Below, piece after piece: positions 1-8,835 of a stretch of 64,000 nt of DNA (the first letter of the stretch is position 1; every line of letters starts with the position of its first letter). The DNA lies in contig CAWGIE010000036.1 of NCBI GenBank assembly GCA_963822585.1, forward strand, positions 128,001 through 192,000. Direction: 5' to 3'. Source of the stretch: an uncultured bacterium. GTDB taxonomy: Bacteria; Auribacterota; Erginobacteria; Erginobacterales; Erginobacteraceae. The notes beneath the pieces were generated by a model. It made no database searches. It was not told where the DNA came from and was given only the letters and a program-made list of their open reading frames with translations. The position numbers were made by a program, and so were the translations under genes.

Positions 1-1
1 A

Positions 2-643
2 AATGGAGATGGAGAACTTGAATTCATAGTAGGCATGAATGCGGGTGGAGGTCTCCGGGTATTAGACTCAAATGGTAATTTGATACACAGGTATGAAGCT
101 GGAAACGTATTTAGTGTTGAAGTCCTGGACATAAACAATGATGGCGCCCCAGAGATCTTGCACAGTGATTCAGGAGCAGGAATTGTAATACGTCGCGCAA
201 ATGGCGATAAAATTGGTGTTATTGAAAATACAGACGGTTACTTTTCTCTACTGCAATCATCGATCCTAAATAAGGAGCCGATCATTGTATATATTGATAA
301 GAAAGACAATCTGAATCTGATTGATATTAAAGGCGCCATTGTTAAGACTTTCAAGCTCCCCGGTTGGGGTTACCGTTCAGCAGAAGGCACAATGGCTTAT
401 CTCAAGGGATCGAAAGCTCCCCCTTACTTTGCATTTGTTCGTACAATAAAAGCTACCTTAGGGAGATCAGCTCTATTCATTTTTGATTCTGCGGGCCTAC
501 TCATCTATCATGAAATAATGCCATTTCCCTATCTCGCGATCACTGCCTTTAAAATACAGGGACAAGATTATGAAAAGCTTCTTGTCGGAGGAAACTCAAT
601 CGTATGGGAATACAGTTTAAATCCTAATATTACTGCCAAATAA
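2..643 (+). CDS. FG-GAP/VCBS-like repeat protein, 5'-truncated by window edge; integron cassette gene
   Basis: Frame is open from base 2 (NGDGELEFIVG) and contains a second DINNDGAPEIL motif; low GC; followed by an attC site. Confidence 0.7.
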   Translation, partial: NGDGELEFIVGMNAGGGLRVLDSNGNLIHRYEAGNVFSVEVLDINNDGAPEILHSDSGAGIVIRRANGDKIGVIENTDGYFSLLQSSILNKEPIIVYIDKKDNLNLIDIKGAIVKTFKLPGWGYRSAEGTMAYLKGSKAPPYFAFVRTIKATLGRSALFIFDSAGLLIYHEIMPFPYLAITAFKIQGQDYEKLLVGGNSIVWEYSLNPNITAK

Positions 644-662
644 TAGGAAGAATTCAAAAATT

Positions 663-792
663 GCTTAACCCAGACGCTCAAGCTGACCGGAAGGGCTAAT
701 GCTACTGTCGAATATTTTATCTTCGCCGGCATTTTTCCAGGTAGCAAAGTTTTTTGGTTGGCCCCTTCCGGCCGTTTAGCTCGATGTAAGAG
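663..792 (+). mobile_element. attC site 1 (non-canonical R' box)
   Basis: GCTTAAC-CCAGACGCTCAAGCTGACCGGAAGGGC ... GCCCCTTCCGGCCGTTTAGCTCGAT-GTAAGAG; inner arms pair, but R' reads GTA rather than GTT. Confidence 0.75.
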
Positions 793-1120
793 CCCCTTCC
801 AATCAGTCTGATTGATAAAAAGGGACGGTTCTCCCGGGAATGGGGGGCTTCCCTAGTGGGGGGGATACCAGAGGCCTATGGGGTACTGGGGCTGGACGTA
901 CCGGTAAAGAAGATCAAACGGAGGAAAAGGGGAAGGAAATGATTTTCTCTTATCGTGGTATGAAGATATACCTAAAATCCCGTATTATGTAGAAAAATAC
1001 ATAACCAAGATATTTAGGGACATTAGGTAATTTTGCTCAACCTATCCTGCCTAGGAACAAAGGGATACCCAATCTCTTCCAACGAAATATTGTTGCAAAG
1101 GCATCAAAAGGGAGATTGGG

Positions 1121-1138
1121 TATAATAACAAGTTGGCC
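1121..1138 (+). mobile_element. attI-like recombination point (TATAATAACAA G/TTGGCC)
   Basis: GTTGGCC at 1132-1138 is the exact complement of R'' GGCCAAC of the next attC; preceded by AACAA as in attI core sites and not by attC arms. Confidence 0.6.
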
Positions 1139-1145
1139 ATAAAAG

Positions 1146-1676
1146 ATGAAAATCAATGTGACACGGACGATTCATTCAAATTTATCAGTTGAGGATTGCT
1201 TAAAGATCATTCAGGACTCGATCGAACCATGTAAATCATTCCGAATTTGTCGACCTGCCGATTGTGGAGGTGCACCATTTGCTGGCTTGCTTACTGGGAA
1301 TACATTCTGGCTGAGATTTAATTGGAATGTGACAAATAACCCATATTGGCGATTAGTCGGAAAGATCACCCAATTGGGCGAAGGTACGCTGATTCAATTA
1401 AAGATGAGCCCCCCTATCCTGCTATGGTGTATCATTATGGTTACTCTTATAGTTCTCATTCTCTGCAACCTTGGAGATTCAAATCTTCTGCGCGTTTTAA
1501 TCTTCGGGTTAGCAATGTGCATACTATGGATTTTATGGTTGGCAGGAAGAGGACAACAACTTGCTAAGGCTATAGAGGCAATAATCCGTAAGTCAGAAGA
1601 AATTGGCCAACCAGGCGCTCCAGCCGACCCCTTACCGCCTTGCGACTACGGGGCCGTCTCGCTCGGTCGAAAGTAA
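1146..1676 (+). CDS. Hypothetical membrane protein (two C-terminal TM helices); integron cassette gene whose frame runs into its attC
   Basis: ATG 7 nt after GTTGGCC; hydrophobic segments ILLWCIIMVTLIVLILC and VLIFGLAMCILWILWLA. Confidence 0.7.
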   Translation: MKINVTRTIHSNLSVEDCLKIIQDSIEPCKSFRICRPADCGGAPFAGLLTGNTFWLRFNWNVTNNPYWRLVGKITQLGEGTLIQLKMSPPILLWCIIMVTLIVLILCNLGDSNLLRVLIFGLAMCILWILWLAGRGQQLAKAIEAIIRKSEEIGQPGAPADPLPPCDYGAVSLGRK

Positions 1677-1731
1677 TTTTGGTTTTAATATTTTTTGCTA
1701 TAAACCGGGGCGGCTGAGATCGGCGTTGGGC
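1605..1731 (+). mobile_element. attC site 2
   Basis: GGCCAAC-CAGGCGCTCCAGCCGACCCC ... GGGGCGGCTGAGATCGGC-GTTGGGC. Confidence 0.9.
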
Positions 1732-1779
1732 GCCTTGACACAAGCGCGCAAGTCTGGCAAGACTATCGGAGGTGCTCTC

Positions 1780-2322
1780 ATGCGTCAGTTAAAGCTGAGC
1801 AAGACTTTTACTCTGATGGAATCAGGGCCTGTGGTCCTCGTGACAACCCATGATGGGAAGAAAGACAACATCATGACTATCTCCTGGACCATGGTGATGG
1901 ATTTCACTCCGGTATTTGCAATCACCACGGGTGAATGGAATCATTCCTTCGCGGCGTTGCGAAAGAATCGGGAGTGCGTCATTGCAATTCCCACCGTCGA
2001 CCTGCTGGACAAGGTGGTTGGCATAGGGACGTGCTCTGGGGCAGACACAGACAAGTTTGCCAAGTTCAAGCTCACGGCGGTGCCGGCCAAGCTCGTCAGA
2101 TCGCCCTTGATCAAGGAGTGCCTCGCCAACATCGAGTGCAAGGTCATCGACATCGTCAAGAAGCACAACATTGTTGTGTTAGAGGCGGTTGCCGCATACA
2201 TCAATTCCGCACGCAAGGAGAAGCGCACGGTTCACGCTGTTGGTGACGGAACATTCATCGTTGACGGGCGCAAGATTGACCGGAAGAAGATGATGGCCTC
2301 CAAGCTCCCATCGGGCGTTTAG
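1780..2322 (+). CDS. Flavin reductase family protein (DIM6/NTAB-like); integron cassette gene
   Basis: GGAGG RBS at 1768; motifs GPVVLVTT, NIMTISW, ECVIAIP, IGTCSG.DTDKF, IKECLANIEC. Confidence 0.9.
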   Translation: MRQLKLSKTFTLMESGPVVLVTTHDGKKDNIMTISWTMVMDFTPVFAITTGEWNHSFAALRKNRECVIAIPTVDLLDKVVGIGTCSGADTDKFAKFKLTAVPAKLVRSPLIKECLANIECKVIDIVKKHNIVVLEAVAAYINSARKEKRTVHAVGDGTFIVDGRKIDRKKMMASKLPSGV

Positions 2323-2378
2323 CGTACAGTGGCCAGCCACGAGGAAGTCCTGGGAGCCAAAATGAAAAGCACGGCAGC

Positions 2379-2441
2379 GCCCAACAATTCATTCAAGCGG
2401 ACAGGCCCTGTCGGGTCTGCCGCTTAACTCAAACGTTCGGA
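2379..2441 (+). mobile_element. attC site 3
   Basis: GCCCAAC-AATTCATTCAAGCGGAC ... GCCGCTTAACTCAAAC-GTTCGGA, classical short attC. Confidence 0.92.
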
Positions 2442-2676
2442 AAGTGATCATCACCGGGACGCATTGTTGCGGCCCGGTTTTTTTTGTCTTCCGCCCTTGA
2501 AGCTTTATTCAGACGGAAATTTTGTTGGCAAAGCGGAGAAACTCAACTCCACAACCAACTGGAAAAGTATCCTCTGGGTGGAGAAGAACCGCGCCCGGGG
2601 GAGAGAGCGCCGGGAGATGATCCACGCCTTCTTCCGTCAAACCCGGTAATTGTCCCCCCGGCAATAGTTCCCCAAC

Positions 2677-2877
2677 CACTTTCTCGCTTTCCCTCCAGAG
2701 GCGGGCAGGCGAGCGAAAGCGAGAAAGTGAGAAAGTGATTCAAGGTCATGGGCCAGAAAAGGCCGTATATTCCGGGAACACGATACAAAATACCTTCTTT
2801 GATATAAGAACAAGTAGTATTGTGTCCCCGGAACAGAATCCGGAAATATGGAATCTTTGGTATCGTGCCCCCGGAAT
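2677..2877. repeat. Cluster of REP-like inverted repeats
   Basis: 15-bp perfect IR CACTTTCTCGCTTTC/GAAAGCGAGAAAGTG; ATTCCGGGAACACGATAC (2769) with two inverted copies GTATTGTGTCCCCGGAA (2817) and GTATCGTGCCCCCGGAAT (2860). Confidence 0.7.
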
Positions 2878-2908
2878 ATCCATCTCTGCCCATTAAAGAA
2901 TGATTAGT

Positions 2909-3580
2909 TCAGGAACTTATGACCTTTTGGGCGAGGCGGTGAAGTTCGGGGTTGGATAAAGCGAGAACTTTCTTTTTTACCGTCCGGGAGAAGTACTCTT
3001 TTTCCGTCTTGGTCATCTTTTCCCCTTTCAGTTTCTTCAGAAATAGCTCTTTCTGTTTCGGGGGGAAGATTTGTGATAGTGCATACTCCAACGATAACTC
3101 CTCAGAATGGTCTCTCAGTTTCTTCGCTTTCGAAGCTCTTACCTCAAAATAGTTTTTAAAAGTATTCACTATCCTTATCGAACTAAGTTGGTAATGCGAT
3201 AGACTGATAGTACTGCTTTTGTGGAGGTTCGCTAGATAGGCATTAACCTTTTTCTTCCGGATTGCCGACAGGTGGTTGTAAAATTTGTTTTCCCAGAATA
3301 AGTTGAGTTTGAAATATTTATATACCGCCAGTGAAATAAGAACACAGCCTAGGAAATTGGCTTTATCTTGTTTGGTTTTCAAGAATTTCTCTGCCCCGGT
3401 ATAATCAAAGCCGCCCATTTCCACGGCATTTGCCAGCAGAACCGGGAAACCTTCCCATAACCGTAAGTCTTTGTTCTTTATCACCTCGCTCAAGGTCTTA
3501 TTTATGTTCAGCTTTTCCTCTGTTTCCAGCAGGGGAAAGCCTAATTGACTTATCTGTTTCATCAGTTCATTTTTATTCAT
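2909..3580 (-). CDS. Hypothetical protein, partner of DUF6036-like nucleotidyltransferase
   Basis: 223-aa ORF overlapping the stop of the upstream gene; motifs RLWEGFPVLLAN, LFLKKLKGEKMTKTEKEYFSR. Confidence 0.75.
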   Translation of the reverse strand: MNKNELMKQISQLGFPLLETEEKLNINKTLSEVIKNKDLRLWEGFPVLLANAVEMGGFDYTGAEKFLKTKQDKANFLGCVLISLAVYKYFKLNLFWENKFYNHLSAIRKKKVNAYLANLHKSSTISLSHYQLSSIRIVNTFKNYFEVRASKAKKLRDHSEELSLEYALSQIFPPKQKELFLKKLKGEKMTKTEKEYFSRTVKKKVLALSNPELHRLAQKVISS

Positions 3581-4157
3581 AGATATTTTCCCTTTGCAAG
3601 GTCTTAAAGAAGTACTCCAGATTTTTATTTACTCTCTCTTCTGAAACATCGTATTTGGAGGTTTTTAAGAATCGTTCTGATAAAACGTTAGGATCGATTT
3701 CCTCTTTTCTTGCTTTTACCAGGGCAAAACAATCTTGAAAGTCCACTGTAGTTCCCCGCATTAATTTACTTATGATCAGGTCATAAAAATTCAATATGCC
3801 GATGTAAATCCGGGAATACTCTTTTAAAAATATATGGTTATCTTCTTTGAGTGAAGATTCCAGTAGTTCGGTTGTGTGAATTGTTTTTCCACGGAAAAGG
3901 TCGATGATATACCAGTCCCCTCGGCTCCAACCGGCCTCTGTTACCTGTTTATAACCCAGGTCTTTAAGAGTCCGGATCAGGTATTTATATTCGGAGTCTG
4001 CCGGGACTATGAAATCAACATCTTTGGTGGAATCCTTTACGCCGAGAAGAGTCAAGGCAGTTCCTCCGCAGGCAATAAGGTGAATCTTCCTCCGTAAAAA
4101 GCCGTTCCAGGCGCCGATCGTTTCTAATAAATCTTTTGTATTCAGCCTGTAGTTCAT
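3573..4157 (-). CDS. DUF6036/AbiEii-like nucleotidyltransferase
   Basis: IACGGTAL....KDSTKDVDF and DLIISKL.R....DFQD motifs; ATG at 4157 preferred to ORF-track start. Confidence 0.8.
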   Translation of the reverse strand: MNYRLNTKDLLETIGAWNGFLRRKIHLIACGGTALTLLGVKDSTKDVDFIVPADSEYKYLIRTLKDLGYKQVTEAGWSRGDWYIIDLFRGKTIHTTELLESSLKEDNHIFLKEYSRIYIGILNFYDLIISKLMRGTTVDFQDCFALVKARKEEIDPNVLSERFLKTSKYDVSEERVNKNLEYFFKTLQRENIYE

Positions 4158-4181
4158 GGCGTTGTTGCTTATTGTATGTTT

Positions 4182-4260
4182 AAATACAAATATATGTATA
4201 TAATAATACAATTATTTGTATTAAAAGATACGGGAATTCATAAATCATGTCAAGTGTCAA
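4182..4260 (-). promoter_or_regulatory. Sigma70 promoter with downstream ATACAA/TTGTAT inverted operators
   Basis: Minus strand TTGACA(4253-4248)-17 bp-TATCTT; perfect IR AATACAA-TTAT-TTGTATT at 4205-4222 and related site near 4182-4198. Confidence 0.55.
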
Positions 4261-4354
4261 AAGGACTTTTTATGCGAGTATCTTGCATTTTCCCTTGAGT
4301 TAAATATCGGACTTGATATAGTTACTAAAATTTTTCCGCAGGAAAAATTTTAAA

Positions 4355-4427
<73 letters not shown>

Positions 4428-4429
4428 TT

Positions 4430-4465
4430 AAAAAATCTTCCCCTCTTCTGAGGGGAAGATTTTTT
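4430..4465 (+). terminator. Intrinsic terminator after tRNA
   Basis: AAAAATCTTCCCCTC-TTCT-GAGGGGAAGATTTTTT. Confidence 0.85.
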
Positions 4466-4477
4466 ATAGAAACATGT

Positions 4478-4508
4478 GTTGACATACGTCAACTACAGAT
4501 GCTACGCT
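4478..4508 (+). promoter_or_regulatory. Sigma70 promoter with palindromic operator over -35
   Basis: GTTGAC-ATAC-GTCAAC palindrome; TTGACA-18 bp-TACGCT just before GTG start. Confidence 0.6.
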
Positions 4509-4512
4509 TCCT

Positions 4513-4758
4513 GTGAGAAATAAACATCCCATAGCAATTATAGAGGATGCCATCGCTTACGCCGAAGCCAGAGGATGGCGGTATCTAAAAGCGGGGCGAT
4601 CTTCTCATGCCTGGGGACGATTATATTGCCCGGAGAGAAGTCGAGAAGGGTGTAAGATCTCCATCTGGTCAACTCCGCGTAAACCTCATGATTTTGCGCA
4701 ACAGATCCGCAGGCAGATAGCGAAATGTCCTCATGAAAAAGGTCGAGGCGATGGGTAA
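4513..4758 (+). CDS. Small HicA-like protein (putative toxin)
   Basis: 81 aa, basic; AIAYAEARGW...SSHAWGRLYC...ISIWSTP pattern; overlaps next gene. Confidence 0.65.
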   Translation: MRNKHPIAIIEDAIAYAEARGWRYLKAGRSSHAWGRLYCPERSREGCKISIWSTPRKPHDFAQQIRRQIAKCPHEKGRGDG

Positions 4759-5299
4759 AAAAACGAAAAAATATACGTTCGAGTTAATTCTCTCGGGGAT
4801 CTCAGAGCCGGGGGCGAAGGTTGAGGATGCTTTATATGAATCGGGCTGCGATGACGCCATCCTCTGTTTCCGGAACCGAATCGCTTTTCTGGAATTCACC
4901 CGGGAGGCGGCTTCCGTTGAAGATGCCATCCTCTCAGCCATTAAAGACGTGGAGGGAGCCGGGATCGGCGTTAAAGTAGTGCATGTTGCTCCCGGCGATA
5001 TCGTCACCGCATCTGAAATCGCCCGGAGAGTAAAACTCACAAAGGAATATATCCGATTACTAAACCAGGGAAAAAGAGGTCCGGGTGATTTCCCCCTGCC
5101 CAACTCTGTGATTGTGAATGCATCCCTCTGGAGTTGGGCTGAGATCGCGGAATGGATGTATAACCATACCAAGATCCGGGATAAGGATATCGTAGTTAAC
5201 GCAAAATTTTTAAAGGACATCAACGAGGTCCTGGAGATCAGGGAGGATAAGAGCGGGTATAACAAACGCCAAAGGCTTCTTGATGCCTTGCAGGGCTAA
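4751..5299 (+). CDS. HicB-like N-domain plus HTH DNA-binding protein (putative antitoxin)
   Basis: DALYESGCDDA...LEFTREA.S.EDAILSAI.DV, then HTH IVTASEIARRVKLTKEYIR and GPGDFPLP. Confidence 0.75.
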   Translation: MGKKTKKYTFELILSGISEPGAKVEDALYESGCDDAILCFRNRIAFLEFTREAASVEDAILSAIKDVEGAGIGVKVVHVAPGDIVTASEIARRVKLTKEYIRLLNQGKRGPGDFPLPNSVIVNASLWSWAEIAEWMYNHTKIRDKDIVVNAKFLKDINEVLEIREDKSGYNKRQRLLDALQG

Positions 5300-5337
5300 C
5301 CAGGTATGATGAAAAAATATATTAAAAAGGAGACGAA

Positions 5338-6828
5338 ATGAAATTCAGGAGAGGTTCCGGGGTACTTCTTCATATCACTTCCCTGCCGGGACCGCACGGT
5401 ATCGGCTCCTTGGGCGATGACGCGTATCAGTTCGTCGACTGGCTGGCCGCTGCCGGGCAGAGGTACTGGGAGATCCTCCCCATTAACCCGATCGGTTACG
5501 GGAACTCCCCCTACGCCAGCCCCTCGGCGTTTGCCGGCGCCCCCCTGCTGATCAGCCTGGAGAGGCTGGTGGAGACCGGCTACCTTTCCTCGAAAAACCT
5601 CCCGCCGGAGGAGGACTTCCCGAAGGACCGGGTCGATTTCCCCCGGGCCATCCGGATCAAACAGGAGGCGATCGGGGCGGCCTACCGCCGCTTTCGCCGG
5701 AGAAAAAACAAGCGGCAGCAGAATGACTTCGAGGAGTTCTGCGTCGAACACGCCCCCTGGATTGACAACTATGCTCTGTACCGGTCGCTCAAGGACCATT
5801 TCCATGGGACTCCCTGGTATGAATGGCCCTCCGAACTGGCTTTCCGGGAACCGGCGGCACTGCAAACCTGGGGCAATCGGCTGAAAGAACAGGTCGGGGA
5901 GATAAAATTCGCCGAGCACCTCTTCTTCAAGCAGTGGAAGCGGCTCCGGGGCTACTGCAACGAGATGGGGATCAAGATCATCGGCGACATCCCCTTCCTG
6001 GTCAGCTATGACAGCGCGGACGCCTGGGCCCAGCGCCATCTTTTCCTCCTCGACGACCAGGGGCGCCGACGCGTTCTCTCCGGTGTCCCCATGACCGGAT
6101 ACTCCGGCGTCAGCCAGATCTGGGGGAACCCGCTCTACGACTGGGTGAAAATGTCGGGGGACCGTTTCAACTGGTGGATGCGGCGGTTCCGGACCACCCT
6201 GGAACTGACCGATATGGTCAGGGTGGATCATTTCTCCGGCTTCAACATCGCCTGGCATATCCCGCCGGAGGCGAAGACATCAGCCGAGGGGCAATGGTTC
6301 TACGGGCCCGGGGCGGTTCTCTTCGGCCTGCTGGAAAAGCAGCTGGGGACCCTTCCGATCATCGCCGAGGCGATGGAGCCGGTCCACTTCGAGGAGACGA
6401 AGGCGCTTCTGGAGGTCCTCGATTTCTCCAGCGCCCGGGTACTCCAATACGCTTTCCGGGATAAACCCAGCAATCCCCACCTGCCCGAGCGCTATCCCTT
6501 AAACTGCGCGGCCTATACCGGGACCCACGATACCGATACCACCCGCGGCTGGTTCGCCTCACTCACCAAGAAGGAGAAAAAGGCGGTCCTCTCCTATTTC
6601 GGGACGGATCAGGAGGAGATCAACTGGAAGTTCATCCGGCGCGTCCTCTCCTCCGTCGCCGACCTGGCCGTCATCCCTCTCCAGGACGTGTTCGGGCTCG
6701 GCAGCGAGGCGAGGATGAACGCGCCCGGGAACCGGGGCGGCCAATGGGGGTGGCGTTTTGATCCGGCGCTGCTGACCGGCGAACTGGCGGGGAAACTGGC
6801 CCAGATGACGCGCTACTACGGGCGTTAA
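5338..6828 (+). CDS. malQ: 4-alpha-glucanotransferase (GH77)
   Basis: SGVLLHITSLPG, NSPY, IIGDIP, WGNPLYDW, RVDHF, YTGTHD, EARMN.PG. Confidence 0.93.
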   Translation: MKFRRGSGVLLHITSLPGPHGIGSLGDDAYQFVDWLAAAGQRYWEILPINPIGYGNSPYASPSAFAGAPLLISLERLVETGYLSSKNLPPEEDFPKDRVDFPRAIRIKQEAIGAAYRRFRRRKNKRQQNDFEEFCVEHAPWIDNYALYRSLKDHFHGTPWYEWPSELAFREPAALQTWGNRLKEQVGEIKFAEHLFFKQWKRLRGYCNEMGIKIIGDIPFLVSYDSADAWAQRHLFLLDDQGRRRVLSGVPMTGYSGVSQIWGNPLYDWVKMSGDRFNWWMRRFRTTLELTDMVRVDHFSGFNIAWHIPPEAKTSAEGQWFYGPGAVLFGLLEKQLGTLPIIAEAMEPVHFEETKALLEVLDFSSARVLQYAFRDKPSNPHLPERYPLNCAAYTGTHDTDTTRGWFASLTKKEKKAVLSYFGTDQEEINWKFIRRVLSSVADLAVIPLQDVFGLGSEARMNAPGNRGGQWGWRFDPALLTGELAGKLAQMTRYYGR

Positions 6829-6863
6829 CCCGATTTATTCATAATACGTTGAACCATAACTAA

Positions 6864-6914
6864 TAACCTGGATTATTCATGAAAATTTTCAATTTTCATG
6901 AATAATCCAGGTTA
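6864..6914. repeat. 51-bp palindromic MITE-like element, copy 1
   Basis: TAACCTGGATTATTCATGAAAATT-TTC-AATTTTCATGAATAATCCAGGTTA; exact reverse complement at 58132-58182. Confidence 0.85.
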
Positions 6915-6928
6915 ACGGAGCACGCACC

Positions 6929-7936
6929 ATGAAAATACTGGTAACCGGCGGCGCCGGCTATATCGGCAGCCATACCTGCCTGGAACTTCTGCAAGCCGGC
7001 CATGAGGTGACGGTGGTCGATAACCTCTCCAACAGCAAGGAAGAATCGCTGCGGAGGGTGAAAGAGATCACCGGGAAGAAGCTTGATTTTCACCGGGTCG
7101 ATCTGCTTGACCGCGAAGCCCTTGACCAGGTCTTTGCCGGAACGCCCATCAACGCGGTGATTCACTTCGCTGGCTTGAAGGCGGTCGGCGAATCGGTCAA
7201 AATTCCCCTTGATTATTACCATAACAACATCACCGGCACCCTAATCCTTTGTGAGGTCATGGGGAAGCACGGCGTCAAGAACCTGGTCTTCAGTTCATCC
7301 GCCACTGTCTACGGCGACCCGGCAAGCGTGCCGATTACAGAGGACTTTCCGCTCGGGGCGACTAACCCCTACGGCAGGACCAAGCTGATGATAGAGGAGA
7401 TCCTGCGGGACTGGCAGGTATCCGACAACTCTTTGAATATCGCGCTCTTGCGCTATTTCAACCCCGTCGGCGCCCACCCCAGCGGCCGGATCGGGGAGGA
7501 CCCGAACGGGATCCCCAACAACCTCCTCCCCTTCATCAGCCAGGTCGCGGTCGGGAAGTTGCCCCGGCTCCGTGTCTTCGGCGGCGACTATCCCACCCGG
7601 GACGGGACCGGCGTCCGTGACTATATCCACGTCGTCGACCTGGCGATCGGGCACCTCCGGGCGCTGGAGAAACTCAGGGAAAACCCCGGCATCGTCACCT
7701 ACAATCTGGGGACCGGGAGAGGCTACAGCGTTTTGGAGATGGTCGCGGCCTACGAAAAGGCAGCGGGCAGGACTATCCCCTATGAGATCGTGGGTCGCCG
7801 GCCGGGAGATGTCGCCGAATGCTACGCCGATCCGGCCAGAGCCAGGGAAGAGCTGGGATGGACGGCCGGCCGTGAGGTGGAGGAGATGTGCGCCGATACC
7901 TGGCGCTGGCAGTCGGGGAACCCCGAGGGTTACTGA
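6929..7936 (+). CDS. galE: UDP-glucose 4-epimerase
   Basis: [49 protein letters not shown]. Confidence 0.97.
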   Translation: MKILVTGGAGYIGSHTCLELLQAGHEVTVVDNLSNSKEESLRRVKEITGKKLDFHRVDLLDREALDQVFAGTPINAVIHFAGLKAVGESVKIPLDYYHNNITGTLILCEVMGKHGVKNLVFSSSATVYGDPASVPITEDFPLGATNPYGRTKLMIEEILRDWQVSDNSLNIALLRYFNPVGAHPSGRIGEDPNGIPNNLLPFISQVAVGKLPRLRVFGGDYPTRDGTGVRDYIHVVDLAIGHLRALEKLRENPGIVTYNLGTGRGYSVLEMVAAYEKAAGRTIPYEIVGRRPGDVAECYADPARAREELGWTAGREVEEMCADTWRWQSGNPEGY

Positions 7937-7945
7937 CGGGGGAGA

Positions 7946-8054
7946 AGTAATCAGTAATCAGTAATCAGTAATCAGTAATCGGTAATCAGTCCCCCCGGGG
8001 CACGCTTATCCGGCTGGACAACGGCTGATTACTGATTACCGATTACCGATTACT
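7946..8054. repeat. Head-to-head heptamer arrays (RGTAATC)6 ... (GATTACY)4
   Basis: Directly visible; last unit includes the stop codon of the minus-strand gene. Confidence 0.9.
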
Positions 8055-8808
8055 TTTTTCTCCCCTCGTCACTATACCGCTGGCCTGCTTTACGCAATTC
8101 TTCTCTCAGATACCGCATCCCCTCCTCCACCGCCGCCGGCGCGCCCGCCACGCCCAGCACGAGATCCCATCCTTTGCCGGCGATCCGGGGAAGACTGGAG
8201 AGGGCAAGATCCGGGTAGGCGGCGATAAAATCCTCCATCAGCCCGACCAGGTCCGACTCGCGGCCATCGGGAAGAACCAGCGACCGAGAAATCCGTTCCG
8301 CTCCCTGATGATAATAGGTATCGAGCACCCAGGCCGTCATCGGTTCCGCCATCTCGGGGAACCCGGGCAGGAAATACCCGTTGGCGATCGAGAACCCGGG
8401 GACCTGGTTATACGGGTTGGGGATGATCCGGGAGCCTGCGGGGAACTCGACCATCTTCAGGCGGTGGGGGGTGGCCCGGGCGCCGAATTTCTTTTTCAGA
8501 ATGGCCGCCGCCTCTTTATGGGAGGCAAGTTCAACCCCGAACGCTTCCGCGGCACAGAGACGGGTGTGGTCGTCGGGTGTGGCGCCGATCCCGCCGCAGC
8601 AGAAGAACGGTGAAGGCTGTCCCCCGGCCCAGCGAAATTGGTTTCCCAATACGGAGGGATCATCGGGGAGTATGAGCACATAGTGAAGGAGAAGCCGCCG
8701 TTCCGCCAGCTGGCGCCGGGTATTCTCCAGGTGCCGGTCGCGGACGCGGCCGTCAAGGATCTCGCTCCCGATAATGATCAGCCCGAACCCGGAGACCTGC
8801 TTCTTCAT
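8050..8808 (-). CDS. Molybdopterin-binding / CinA-like protein
   Basis: IIIGSEILDGR.RD, GGIGATPDDHT, IIPNPYN..PGFS, FLPGFPEMA. Confidence 0.88.
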   Translation of the reverse strand: MKKQVSGFGLIIIGSEILDGRVRDRHLENTRRQLAERRLLLHYVLILPDDPSVLGNQFRWAGGQPSPFFCCGGIGATPDDHTRLCAAEAFGVELASHKEAAAILKKKFGARATPHRLKMVEFPAGSRIIPNPYNQVPGFSIANGYFLPGFPEMAEPMTAWVLDTYYHQGAERISRSLVLPDGRESDLVGLMEDFIAAYPDLALSSLPRIAGKGWDLVLGVAGAPAAVEEGMRYLREELRKAGQRYSDEGRKK

Positions 8809-8835
8809 CTTGACACTTCTTCTACTCTATTATTC

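Noticed and set aside
1603..1779. N-terminal extension of flavin reductase in the ORF track
   Set aside because: It translates attC2; a good RBS precedes ATG 1780.
2464..2649. Fourth cassette gene after attC3
   Set aside because: No convincing start or RBS and no following attC; at most a gene remnant.
5296..6258. Long antisense ORFs (also 43961-44902, 47123-48193, 60895-61746)
   Set aside because: Shadow frames of GC-rich genes with clear motifs on the other strand.
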